64,000 bases of DNA from an uncultured Gammaproteobacteria bacterium (lineage in GTDB: Bacteria > Pseudomonadota > Gammaproteobacteria > Steroidobacterales > Steroidobacteraceae). A model generated the notes under the pieces. It ran no database searches and was not told the DNA's origin. It saw only the letters and a program-made list of their open reading frames with translations. Every line of letters starts with the position of its first letter. Position 1 is the first letter of the stretch. Below are positions 51,746 to 64,000 of the stretch, piece after piece. The DNA lies in assembly GCA_963745705.1 (NCBI GenBank), contig CAVUYL010000011.1, forward strand, positions 8,535 to 72,534, given 5' to 3'. Both the position numbers and the translations under genes were made by a program.

Positions 51746-52213
51746 GTCAGTCGACGATTTCATAGGTCGTGGCAAAGATGGGCGTGGAAACGATCCCGAG
51801 ACTGCCGTCGCCATAGTCGACCAGCCATTCGCCCGGAACCCCGCTCAAGCGCGATACCCCATCGGCGAGCAACACCTCGAACGGCACCGCCATGGGCACC
51901 GCCATGATGCGATTCGGCAGGCTGATATAGCGCCCCGACTGGCCGGCGACGGTGGGCGGCACGGGGCGGTATTTGTCGGGAAACCGTGCGCGGGACACAC
52001 GCCAGTGCTCCCCCGCGGTGCCGGTGATGATGGCATCGCCGGGCGCCGCATGCACCTCGCCTTCGGAGGTCTTCACGGTGCAGGCGACCGGCGTGAAGCG
52101 CACGTCGATTTCACGTTCCAGCTTGCGCGCAAAGACGCGCCGCGGATCGGCGCTGATCTCGTTCGAGTAGCCGCGATGCCCGCTCGAACGAAACAAAGGC
52201 ACCTGCCCGGCGT

Positions 52214-55437
<3,224 letters not shown>

Positions 55438-55441
<4 letters not shown>

Positions 55442-56823
55442 GACCCGCGAGCCTGCATGAAGTCCTTGAGCCGCCGCGCGAACTCGGGGGGCACTTGTCC
55501 GCCCGGCAATTGCGAAAAATGCAGCGCTTTGAATTTGTCGGGCACCAGCGCATCGGCCGCGTTGGTGGCGTCGATGCTCACCGGCAGAATGAACAATGCG
55601 CCGTCGGCCATGTTGCGCACCCGATCCATGGCATAGCTCCATTCGCGGCGAAAGAAGCCCTCGAGCCGCCGCTGCGTGGCGGCCGAGACCACGGGTATGA
55701 AATACGAGCAGCGCGCAATATTGCGCTGAATCTTTCGGTCGTAGTCATCGCCGACTTCCAATCGGTCGATGTCGAACCAAGTGACGATGCCGGCCGACTC
55801 GAGTCCGGCCTTGATCGCCTGCACCGCTGCCAAATCCTCGCGCGCGTAGCTCAAGAAAACGGCGTTGTCCGGCATTTCGCGCGCCGGCGGCGCAAAGCGC
55901 ACCATGGCGGGCACCGCGGCCGCGGCGGCCGGCTTGCGGCGCGCCTGCCAGCGCCGGTGCAGTTCCTCGACGAAGCGCTCCGCCCCCACGTAGATCCGGG
56001 TGCGGACGCTGACCTGCTGCAGGAAGGCGACGAGGCGATCATCCTGGCTGCTGTGATCGTCCGCCAGCACCTCGCCTACATCGCGTGGGTCCGACAGTCG
56101 TTGACGCTTGGCCATGCGCAGAAACAAGCGCGCCAGCCAATTGGTGAAATTACTGCCGATGAACAGCAGATGATTGTGCTCGAGTTCATGAAACAGCTTC
56201 TCGGGCGCCAAGTGCTCGCTCTGCAGCGCGCAGATGTACTCCAAGAGATCCTCATCCGAGATGACGTAGGTGGGCGAGGCGGAGACCTTGCCGAACAAGT
56301 GGTAGACGACCGGCCGCTGCAGGCGATCCCGCTCGGTGGGCAGATCGGTGACGCGATTGGGTGCGTAGGACAGCACGTCCGTCGAGGGCGCGCCGTTGAA
56401 GCGCTCCAGGTTGATCGCCGTCTCGAGCAAGGGATCGAAGGTGGTGGAGACGAACAGGTCGAAATCGGTGATCGCCGCCAATTGCCGCAGCGCCGCCGGC
56501 GGTTCGAAATTGGCATCTTTGATGATGCCGCGCAGGCGGACGTACGCCTCTTCGCGCCGTCCGCGCGCCGACAGGAACCAGCAAATCACGTCATTGAGCG
56601 TATAGGGCTGCGGCAGCTCGGCAATGTTGACGTTGAGCCGTCCCGCCAGTTTCTCGGCGACCCAGTCGAGCAGCAGGCGCGGACCGCGCTCGGTCGACAC
56701 CAACAGGAGTTCGGGCCCCACGATCGGGATGACGCGGCGTTCCTCGATGTAGCTCAGCAAATCGTCCCATGCATCATCATCGAGCGTGCTCATGGGTACG
56801 GCAGTAGCCGAGGCAGGACTCAT
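55438..56823 (-). CDS. SIR2-like (SIR2_2-type) and TIR domain fusion protein
   Basis: SIR2_2-like motifs IPIVGPELL, STTFDPLLETA, VVYHLFGKV...YVISDEDLLEY and LLFIGSNF (about 55969-56766). C-terminal TIR VFLSYAREDLAAVQAIKAGLESAGIVTWFDIDRLEVGDDYDRKI...YFIPVVS...GFFRREW (about 55549-55872). The longer 794-aa ORF is rejected because its extension is antisense to the acyltransferase gene. Confidence 0.88.
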
Positions 56824-56994
56824 GCCGCGCCAACCGCCTGAAAGGATCTCTGTGAGTGCATACGACGAAGCCGTTTGGCCCCTAGTGCCGGGGCCTTTGC
56901 TGACAGTGAAGTCTGCCGCACCGCAAAGCACACTGCAAGGCGCGCACCCAAGATGGCCCGTTATGGTAACGGATGACGTAAACTTGAGCGGCCC

Positions 56995-57846
56995 ATGATC
57001 AAATTTTTCTCGCGCCTGCCCCTGCGCGCGCTGTATGCATTTGCCACCTTCCTGTATCTGCTCGCGTTCTATGTGGTGCGGCATCGGCACCGGGTGATTC
57101 GCGAACAACTCGAAAAGGTCTTCCCCGACGCGAGCGGCGCGGCGCGCGAGACCATCCACAAGCAGTTTTTGCGCAATTTCTGCGATGTCATGGTCGAGGT
57201 GCTGAAGTCGGTCACCATGAGCGAGGCCGAGATGTGCGCGCGGGTGCGAATCCTGAATTTGGACGTTGCCCGGCGCTATTTGGATGCCGGCCGATCGATC
57301 ATGTTCGTGACCTCGCACCTCGGCAACTGGGAATGGCTGCTGCACGGGGTCGCACTGCAGTTGGGCTATCCCGTCGACGCGGCGTACAAGCCCTTGCACG
57401 ATCAATGGGCGGAGCGGCTCATGCTCAAGGTCCGCTCGAGATTCGGCGCCCGGCTGGTGCCGGCCAAGGAGCTGCTGGCGGATTTTTTGCGGCGGCGTGG
57501 GATCGTGCGCGCCCTGGCCATGAATGCCGACCAGGCGCCGGTCTCGACCGACAAGCGCTATTGGACACGATTCCTGGGCCTGGACACGGCGTTCTACATC
57601 GGGGCGGAGCAAATTGCGCGCGCGACCCGCCTGCCCATCCTGTACGCGGGCGTGCGGCGCGTAGGGCGCGGCTACTATCAGGTCGAGTTCAAAACGCTGT
57701 GGGACGGGCGCGAGGCGGTCGAGCCCAATGCGGTGACCGAGCGCTACGCGCGCGCCTGCGAGATCGATGTGCTCAAATCGCCCGCCGATTGGCTCTGGTC
57801 GTATCGGCGCTGGCGGCTGCAAAAGCCCTTGTACGGCACCGATTGA
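56995..57846 (+). CDS. lysophospholipid / lipid A-type (LpxL/HtrB-like) acyltransferase
   Basis: N-terminal TM, HLGNWE catalytic HX4E/D motif, 283 aa. Confidence 0.85.
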   Translation: MIKFFSRLPLRALYAFATFLYLLAFYVVRHRHRVIREQLEKVFPDASGAARETIHKQFLRNFCDVMVEVLKSVTMSEAEMCARVRILNLDVARRYLDAGRSIMFVTSHLGNWEWLLHGVALQLGYPVDAAYKPLHDQWAERLMLKVRSRFGARLVPAKELLADFLRRRGIVRALAMNADQAPVSTDKRYWTRFLGLDTAFYIGAEQIARATRLPILYAGVRRVGRGYYQVEFKTLWDGREAVEPNAVTERYARACEIDVLKSPADWLWSYRRWRLQKPLYGTD

Positions 57847-57923
57847 CCTTCAGGCTCCGCCGCCCGAATTGCCTGCTAGGATAGGGGCGACGACGGTATC
57901 CAACCAGCCACGAGGGGCGCCGC

Positions 57924-58787
57924 ATGAAACTCGACGACAGCCGTCGCAGCGATAATGTCGAGGACGAGCGCGGTTCGGGCTTCGGGCGCGGCGCCGGTAT
58001 CGGCATCGGCACCATCGTCATCGTGGTCATCGGCTACTTCATGGGTGTAAGCCCATCGACCCTGTTGAGCTTGTTGAACGGCAGCGACCCGCAAGCCGTC
58101 ACCCAGAGCGGCCCCGCGGAATCGGGCACGGCAGCAGCGAACGACCCGCAGGTGGACTTCGTCCGCGCCGTGCTCGGCGAAACCGAGGACGTTTGGGGTG
58201 CCTATTTCAGCAGTCTGGGCAAGACCTACATGCGTCCCAAGCTCGTGCTGTTCAGCGGGCAGGTTTCATCAGCGTGCGGCTTCGCCAGCGCGGCGTCGGG
58301 TCCATTTTATTGTCCCGGCGATCAACGGGTTTACCTGGATCTGTCGTTCTTCCGGCAATTGGCGACGCAGTTCGCCGCACCGGGTGATTTCGCGCGCGCC
58401 TACGTGATTGCGCACGAAGTGGGGCACCATGTGCAAAATCTGCTGGGCATTACCGACACCGCCGCCCAAGCCGAGGAACGCGCCGGCCGCGTCGGCGCAA
58501 ATCGCGTGTCGGTGAAAATCGAGCTGCAGGCCGATTGCTTCGCCGGCGTATGGGCCGCGCGCGCCAACGCGGCGCGCAAAATCCTGGAGCCCGGCGATTT
58601 GGAGCAGGGGCTCACCGCCGCGTCTTCTGTGGGCGATGACACTCTGCAAAAGCGCGAGCAGGGGACGGTCGTGCCGGACAGCTTCACGCACGGCACTTCG
58701 GCGCAGCGCGTCGGCTGGTTCCGCCGCGGCTTCAACGCCGGGAACATCGACAACTGCGATACCTTCAGCGCGGGCGCCTCGCCGTAG
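57924..58787 (+). CDS. ypfJ: YpfJ-family neutral zinc metallopeptidase
   Basis: MKLDDSRRSDNVEDERG N-terminus, Gly-rich TM segment and HEVGHH zinc motif. Confidence 0.9.
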   Translation: MKLDDSRRSDNVEDERGSGFGRGAGIGIGTIVIVVIGYFMGVSPSTLLSLLNGSDPQAVTQSGPAESGTAAANDPQVDFVRAVLGETEDVWGAYFSSLGKTYMRPKLVLFSGQVSSACGFASAASGPFYCPGDQRVYLDLSFFRQLATQFAAPGDFARAYVIAHEVGHHVQNLLGITDTAAQAEERAGRVGANRVSVKIELQADCFAGVWAARANAARKILEPGDLEQGLTAASSVGDDTLQKREQGTVVPDSFTHGTSAQRVGWFRRGFNAGNIDNCDTFSAGASP

Positions 58788-58812
58788 CGCGGCTTCCTAA
58801 AACTTCAGGGTG

Positions 58813-60798
58813 TCATGCCGGCGCCGCCTTGAGCTTGCCCTCCAAGTGCTTCGCGAGCTCGGCGATGGTCGGATGATCGAACAGCTCGGTCAAATCGATG
58901 AGCCTGGGGAATTCGCGATCGACGTTCTCGTGGATCTCTATCAGCTTGAGCGAGCTTGCTCCGATGTCGAATAGGTTGTCGTGCACATCGATGCGCTTGC
59001 CGGGCAGCGCCGCCTCGCAAATCGATTGCAGACGGTTCTCGAGCTCGGTGCCGGAGACGTGCGCCGCGGCTCCCGGCGCCTCGCGCAGTGCTTTGAGCTC
59101 GGCTAATTCCGCGTCGAATTCACCGTCGACATAGGCTTGTTCCAATAAGTGCCGCTGCACCTTGCCGCTGGTGGTCTTCGGTATCCGCTTGGTGGGAATG
59201 ACCTGCGCGACCTCGAGTCCTGTGTGCTCGTTGATGAGGCGGCTGACCGCTGCCGCGGTGGGCAGAAACTCCGGCATGCTGCCGCGATGAAGCACGAACA
59301 CCACGAGCTCCTCGCCCTGAGCGCCGGGCTTGGCGACGCCCGCGGCCACCAGCTTGTTGAGATCCAAACCCGGCGCCCGCTGCGCGATGTTCTCCAAATC
59401 GTAGGGATAGTAGTTCTGGCCGTTGACGAAGATGATCTCCTTGCTGCGGCCCGCGATGTACAGCGAACCCTCGTGCAGGAAACCGAGATCGCCGGTGTCG
59501 ACCCAGCCGTCCGCGCCGACCGCCAATGCGGTGGCCTCCGCATCCGCGAAGTAGCCGCGCGTGACGCTGGCGCCGCGAATCAAGATATGGCCGACATACC
59601 CTTCCGGGAGCGGCTCGCGGGCCAGGGACGCGATGCGCAGTTCGGTGTTCGGCACTGCACGCCCGACACACATGAGTTCCAGCGTGTCGCGCGCGTCCCT
59701 GGGATTGAGCTCGATTTGCGCGCCTTGCCCAAGCATGTGCCGATTCACGCGCACCCATCGATAGTCCGATCCCAGTTCCGGCAAGGTCACTGCCAGCGAC
59801 GCCTCGGCCAAACCATAGACCGGATACATGGCTTGGCGCCTGAGGCCGGTATAGGCCAGCTTGCTCATGAATTCATTGCATAGTTCCACTGAGATGGGTT
59901 CGGCGCCGTTGAAGATCAGGCGAATCGCCGACAGATCGACGCCTTCGAGCCGGCGATCTCCCAACACTTTCAAGAAATGCCGATATCCGAAGTTGGGAGA
60001 GCAGGTGATGGTGACGCGCTTCTTCGCCGCCACCTGCAGCCACAGCAAGGGCCGCCGCACGAACAGCTCGGTCTGCATCAGGTGGATGTGCACGCGATTG
60101 GCGAACTGCATCAGATAAAATCCGATCAATCCCATGTCATGCGTCAGCGGCATCCAGCTCAACGTCACGTCCTCATCGTTGAACTGGTCGACCGCCGTCG
60201 CACCTTGCGTGTTGGCGATCAGATTGCCGTGAGTGAGCATCACGCCCTTGGGCTCGGCAGTGGAGCCGGAGGAGAATTGGATGAAGGCCAGATCCTCCGG
60301 TGCCGGCCGCTGCAGCTTGCCCGGGCGCGAGATATCGGTGATCGACTCGACCAAGAACGCTCGGGATTTGAGCTCATCGAACAGGGCCGACTCGCCCACC
60401 TGAACGGCGAGGGCTTGCAGGCGCTCGAGATTCTTCGAGTCGGTGTAGAGGAGGGGCTTGCCGAGCTTGCGCGCCACCCGCAGCAGCTTGTGTCGATGCT
60501 CGTCGCTGATGCCGACGGCGAGCGGCACGGGGATGATCCCGCCGCACACCGCCGCCCAGAAGCCGTCCAGGAATTGCTCGTTGTTGCTCAGGAAAATGAT
60601 CATCGGGTCGCCGCGCTGCGCGCCCATCGCCTGCAGGTGATACAAGATGCCGAGCGCTCGCGTATAGACATCGCCGTACGTCACGCGCCGCTCGGAGTTC
60701 TCGCCCTCCACATAGGTGACGGCCCGGTCGACGCCGCGATTGCTCTCCAGCACGTCGAACAATGTCTTGAAATTCATAAGTTTACTGGCGTCGTTCAT
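58813..60798 (-). CDS. fatty acyl-AMP ligase (FAAL) fused to a C-terminal acyl carrier domain
   Basis: AMP-binding motifs (FIQFSSGSTAEPKGVMLTHGN, TGDLGF), a FAAL-like N-terminus and a C-terminal carrier domain with FDIGASSL. The ATG overlaps the P450 stop (ATGA). Confidence 0.9.
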   Translation of the reverse strand: MNDASKLMNFKTLFDVLESNRGVDRAVTYVEGENSERRVTYGDVYTRALGILYHLQAMGAQRGDPMIIFLSNNEQFLDGFWAAVCGGIIPVPLAVGISDEHRHKLLRVARKLGKPLLYTDSKNLERLQALAVQVGESALFDELKSRAFLVESITDISRPGKLQRPAPEDLAFIQFSSGSTAEPKGVMLTHGNLIANTQGATAVDQFNDEDVTLSWMPLTHDMGLIGFYLMQFANRVHIHLMQTELFVRRPLLWLQVAAKKRVTITCSPNFGYRHFLKVLGDRRLEGVDLSAIRLIFNGAEPISVELCNEFMSKLAYTGLRRQAMYPVYGLAEASLAVTLPELGSDYRWVRVNRHMLGQGAQIELNPRDARDTLELMCVGRAVPNTELRIASLAREPLPEGYVGHILIRGASVTRGYFADAEATALAVGADGWVDTGDLGFLHEGSLYIAGRSKEIIFVNGQNYYPYDLENIAQRAPGLDLNKLVAAGVAKPGAQGEELVVFVLHRGSMPEFLPTAAAVSRLINEHTGLEVAQVIPTKRIPKTTSGKVQRHLLEQAYVDGEFDAELAELKALREAPGAAAHVSGTELENRLQSICEAALPGKRIDVHDNLFDIGASSLKLIEIHENVDREFPRLIDLTELFDHPTIAELAKHLEGKLKAAPA

Positions 60799-62093
60799 CT
60801 CGTTTCTAAGTTCATCATGAGGTGGGATCGGGGGCGCAGGTTGATCTGCGCCTCGAGTTCAATGGGTTCGTTGCCGGCGCGGGTCAGGCGAAAGCGGCGC
60901 GACATGGCGTGCACATGGACCAACATTTCGAACATGGCGATATTCTCCCCGATGCAATGCCGCGGCCCGACGGCGAAGGGAATGTAGGAGAAGCGATGCC
61001 GTTCCTCGGCGTCGGCGCCGGCGAAGCGTTCGGGCCTGAACTCCTCCGGTTCGTTCCAGAAGGCCGGATGCCGGTGCAGCATATACGGGCTGATGAATAC
61101 GTCGGTGCGCGGCGCAATGGGGTAGCCGCCGAGCTCGTCCGCCTCGAGCGTGCGCCGCGTGAGCAGCCACCCCGGCGGATACAGCCGCAGCGCCTCCTGC
61201 AGCACCTGGTGGGTGAACTGCAGCGACTCGGCGGCATCGAGACCCAGCGTCCGATCGGGGCTGGTGCGATCCGCTTCCTCTTGCAGCCGCTCCGCGGCAT
61301 CGGGGTGAATGCTCACCAGATACCAGGTCCAGGTGAGCGCCGCGGCCGTCGTCTCATGACCCGCCACGATCAGGGTCAATACCTCGTCGATCAGTTCCTT
61401 GTCGCTCATCGGCGTACCGGTTTCTCGGTCGCGGGTGGCCATCAACATGCTCAAGAAATCGAAATGCTCCTCCGACAGGCGCCGCCGGCGTTCGACCAGC
61501 TGCGCGACCAGCTTGGTCAGCGAGCGGAAGCGGAACGCGAATTTCAGGTCGCGGTTCTGCTCCTTGGCGACGACCTCGAATGGATTCGCGCCGAACTCCA
61601 ATTCCAGCCTGGCCAGATCGCTGCCAAAGATCGAGCGCAGCACGATCTCCAGGGTCAATTCACTGGCATCGTCGCCCACGTTGATCGCTTCGGCGCGCGC
61701 CGCCTTTTCCGCCCAGCGCGCCGCGAATTTGTCGTTGACCTCGCGTATCAAGGCACTGAATTGATCGATGACCCGGCGGTGAAACGCGGGCTGCATCATG
61801 CGCCGCTGGCGGCGCCAGAAATCGCCCTCGCTGGTCATGATGCCGTTGCCGAGCAGGATCTTGACGCGATCCATCCCTTCGCCCTTCGTGTAGTTGCGGT
61901 GATTCGACAGCAAGACCCGCTTGATATCGTCGGGGTGGTTGATCACGTAGTTGTAGACGCCGCGCGCGGGCGCGAAGACCCGATAGATGTCGCCGAACTC
62001 CGCGAAATAGCGGATCAGACGCGCCAGCGACTCATCGCTGCCGCCGAGATCGAAGCCGTCGGCGGGGCCGGGGGGCAGTGTCAGGGTCTGCAT
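60795..62093 (-). CDS. cytochrome P450
   Basis: I-helix AGHETTA, EALR (ExxR) and haem loop FAVGPRHCIGENIA. Start at MQTLTLPPGP (62093). Confidence 0.9.
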   Translation of the reverse strand: MQTLTLPPGPADGFDLGGSDESLARLIRYFAEFGDIYRVFAPARGVYNYVINHPDDIKRVLLSNHRNYTKGEGMDRVKILLGNGIMTSEGDFWRRQRRMMQPAFHRRVIDQFSALIREVNDKFAARWAEKAARAEAINVGDDASELTLEIVLRSIFGSDLARLELEFGANPFEVVAKEQNRDLKFAFRFRSLTKLVAQLVERRRRLSEEHFDFLSMLMATRDRETGTPMSDKELIDEVLTLIVAGHETTAAALTWTWYLVSIHPDAAERLQEEADRTSPDRTLGLDAAESLQFTHQVLQEALRLYPPGWLLTRRTLEADELGGYPIAPRTDVFISPYMLHRHPAFWNEPEEFRPERFAGADAEERHRFSYIPFAVGPRHCIGENIAMFEMLVHVHAMSRRFRLTRAGNEPIELEAQINLRPRSHLMMNLETR

Positions 62094-62194
62094 CGTCCTA
62101 TTGTAACGTAGGCATCCCAAGGAGCCCGTCGGTTCCGCGTGGCCGGGCGGGGCGCCGGCAGCGGCTATTGCGGAGCGCGGCGCCCTTCTCGACA

Positions 62195-62944
62195 ATGCCG
62201 GCCGTGAAAGAAAAACGCGGTGGCGGCCTTCGCAATACGATTTACGAACAGCAAACCCGCTCCGGTCGGCGGCTGACCCGCGGCCGCCTGTTGCTGTACC
62301 AGATGCTGGTTCCCGTGGGCTTGTCGCTGCTGCGCCTGGTGTGGGCGTGGTCGCGCGTCATCCATGTGATCGGCGCCGAGCACATGACGGCAGCGCTGGC
62401 GCGCGCACCCTCGTTCATCCCGGTGTACTGGCATCAGCACCAACTATTTTGCGTGAAGCTTCTGTTGGCGCAGCGCCGCGCAGGGCTGAAACTGGGTTTT
62501 CTGATTTCACCCTCGGTCGACGGCGAGATCGGCGCCATGATCGTGCGCAATTTGGGCGCGGAGGTGATTCGCGGCTCATCCAGCCATACCGGGGCGCGGG
62601 CGCTGCGCGATTACTACCAGGCGCTGGCGCACGAAGGCGTGTCGCCCGCCATCACCCCGGACGGTCCGCGCGGTCCGCCTTGGAAGTTCAAGCCCGGCGC
62701 GGTGCTGCTCGCGCAACTGTCGGGGCGTCCCATGATCCCCTTGAGCTACGCCGCCTCGCGTGCCTGGAAGATCAAGTGGGATCGGTTCGTCATCCCTGTG
62801 CCATGGTCGCGGATTACGATCGCCGTAGGCGAGCCGGTGTACGTGCCCAAGGGCCTGGATGCCGCCGGTTTGGAGCGGGTCCAAGCCGATATGGAACGGC
62901 GCTTGCGGGCTCTGTTCGACGTGGCGGAGGCCGCCTTGGGTTAA
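62195..62944 (+). CDS. DUF374-type lysophospholipid acyltransferase family protein
   Basis: WHQHQ, SPSVDGE and PDGPRGP motifs characteristic of DUF374/LPLAT proteins. Confidence 0.8.
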   Translation: MPAVKEKRGGGLRNTIYEQQTRSGRRLTRGRLLLYQMLVPVGLSLLRLVWAWSRVIHVIGAEHMTAALARAPSFIPVYWHQHQLFCVKLLLAQRRAGLKLGFLISPSVDGEIGAMIVRNLGAEVIRGSSSHTGARALRDYYQALAHEGVSPAITPDGPRGPPWKFKPGAVLLAQLSGRPMIPLSYAASRAWKIKWDRFVIPVPWSRITIAVGEPVYVPKGLDAAGLERVQADMERRLRALFDVAEAALG

Positions 62945-63132
62945 CGTTTTGCGGCAAGCCCCAACAATACAAACGCTTAGCTTGTATTCCTTACAACTTA
63001 TGCGAGAATCCAGATGTAGGTGCCACATACGAATTCGAAGAAACTGTGTGACGCATTCGGTTTTAAACTTGATTCCAGTGGCAAACTGTTGATCTATAAC
63101 CGCAACAATTCTTCTGGGACCAACGCAGGCGC

Positions 63133-64000
63133 ATGGCAATAGCCCCCCACGATCCCCGCCACCCAGATCTCACCGCCTCGGACGTGTTGTCGCCGCAGGC
63201 CTGGCCGAAGCGAGGTATTCGCCACACGGCCGGCCTCGACGTGATCTGCACCAAGATCGCAGTTGACTTCCAATCGATGACGGCGCAAACGGCGCTCGAA
63301 GTTATCAGCTGCAATTTGGAGCTGCTGCGCGAGGCGACGCGCACCGACGCTGCGTTCCATATTCATCTGGATGCCGAGTCCGGCCAGTTCACCGAGATTC
63401 AGGTGGCGCGCGGCTTGCTGGCGACCGGCAATCCGGAACAGTTGCGCGGTCAAACACTGGACGCTTTCCCGTGGCTGCAATCGCGCCTGGCGCCGCTGCG
63501 GGTCTCGGAGATGCGCGATACCGCCAAACCGCGCGAGGATCAGAACGCGGACGCCGCGATCTGGAGTCAACTCAGCATCGGTTCGGTGCTGATCATCGGT
63601 TATTTCATCGAGGGCCGGCCGGCCGGCCTGCTCGGCATCGCCGGCTCCCTGCCGCGCGACAACTGGGAAGTACAGCTGCATCTCTTGATGAAGCTCATCG
63701 GCTGCAGCCTTGCCACGGGCCTCGAGCGCATCGAGATCCAGCGGCACCTGCGCGATCTGGAGGAGCGCAACGAGCTCGCCCTCTACAGCGCCAACGACGG
63801 GCTGTGGGATTTCGACACACTCAACAACCGCGTCTATCTGTCGCCGCGCTGGAAGGCGATGTTGGGCTACGACGAAGCCGAGGTGGGACAGGCGCCGGAC
63901 TGGCGAACCCTGGTTCACTCCGACGACATGTCGCGCGTGCAGGCCGCCATTCGCGACCACGTGGCCGGCAAGACGCCGATTTTCGAGAGCATGCATCGCA
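63133..64000 (+). CDS. GAF-PAS sensory protein, 3-prime partial (runs off the window)
   Basis: My own translation from the ATG at 63133 stays open to the window end. It shows a GAF-like region (...IGSVLIIGYFIEGRPAGLLGIAG...) followed by a PAS start (LALYSANDGLWDFDTLNNRVYLSPRWKAMLGY). It is missing from the ORF track because no stop codon is reached. Confidence 0.7.
   Translation, partial: MAIAPHDPRHPDLTASDVLSPQAWPKRGIRHTAGLDVICTKIAVDFQSMTAQTALEVISCNLELLREATRTDAAFHIHLDAESGQFTEIQVARGLLATGNPEQLRGQTLDAFPWLQSRLAPLRVSEMRDTAKPREDQNADAAIWSQLSIGSVLIIGYFIEGRPAGLLGIAGSLPRDNWEVQLHLLMKLIGCSLATGLERIEIQRHLRDLEERNELALYSANDGLWDFDTLNNRVYLSPRWKAMLGYDEAEVGQAPDWRTLVHSDDMSRVQAAIRDHVAGKTPIFESMHR

Noticed and set aside
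56877-56895. GC-only hairpin GGCCCC-N7-GGGGCC followed by TTTG
   Set aside because: It resembles a weak intrinsic terminator, but it sits in a divergent promoter region with no upstream gene to terminate on either strand. It was left unannotated.

Overview
High-GC bacterial chromosomal window, proteobacterium-like in gene content (cyo operon, yghU, a yncE/TonB-receptor pair). It is densely coding on both strands. I saw no rRNA, tRNA, CRISPR array, transposase, integrase or prophage genes. Most genes are ordinary housekeeping or accessory functions: LysR regulators, an SDR, a YghU-type GST, a vapBC toxin-antitoxin pair, a large S8 protease, a hybrid histidine kinase with three receivers, two TonB-dependent receptors with one ExbD-TonB-ExbB set, msrBA, fused iolC, catalase, and a BlaI/M56 pair. 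The stand-out locus is a tightly overlapping minus-strand operon at about 50.7-56.8 kb. It encodes a SIR2-TIR fusion protein, a membrane-anchored nSTAND-type NTPase with a long helical-repeat C-terminus, a PGDYG-family protein and a 4-TM tandem SLATT-like protein. I do not recognise this module combination as any described defence system, so I propose it as a candidate new NAD-centred STAND conflict system. The second notable observation is two blocks of heavily frameshifted but otherwise well-conserved genes: cyoA-cyoB at 21.0-23.9 kb, and yceI-pirin-azoR-lysR at 26.7-29.9 kb. They are interleaved with perfectly intact neighbours (cyoC, cyoD, patatin, cytochrome b561). This means either localised consensus errors or recent clustered gene decay. 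Also of interest are a translationally coupled P450/FAAL-ACP pair flanked by two acyltransferases, gene remnants (an ECF sigma region-4 fragment and a possible DJ-1 fragment), and a few palindromes and short repeats. All family assignments come from reading motifs by eye; no searches were run.
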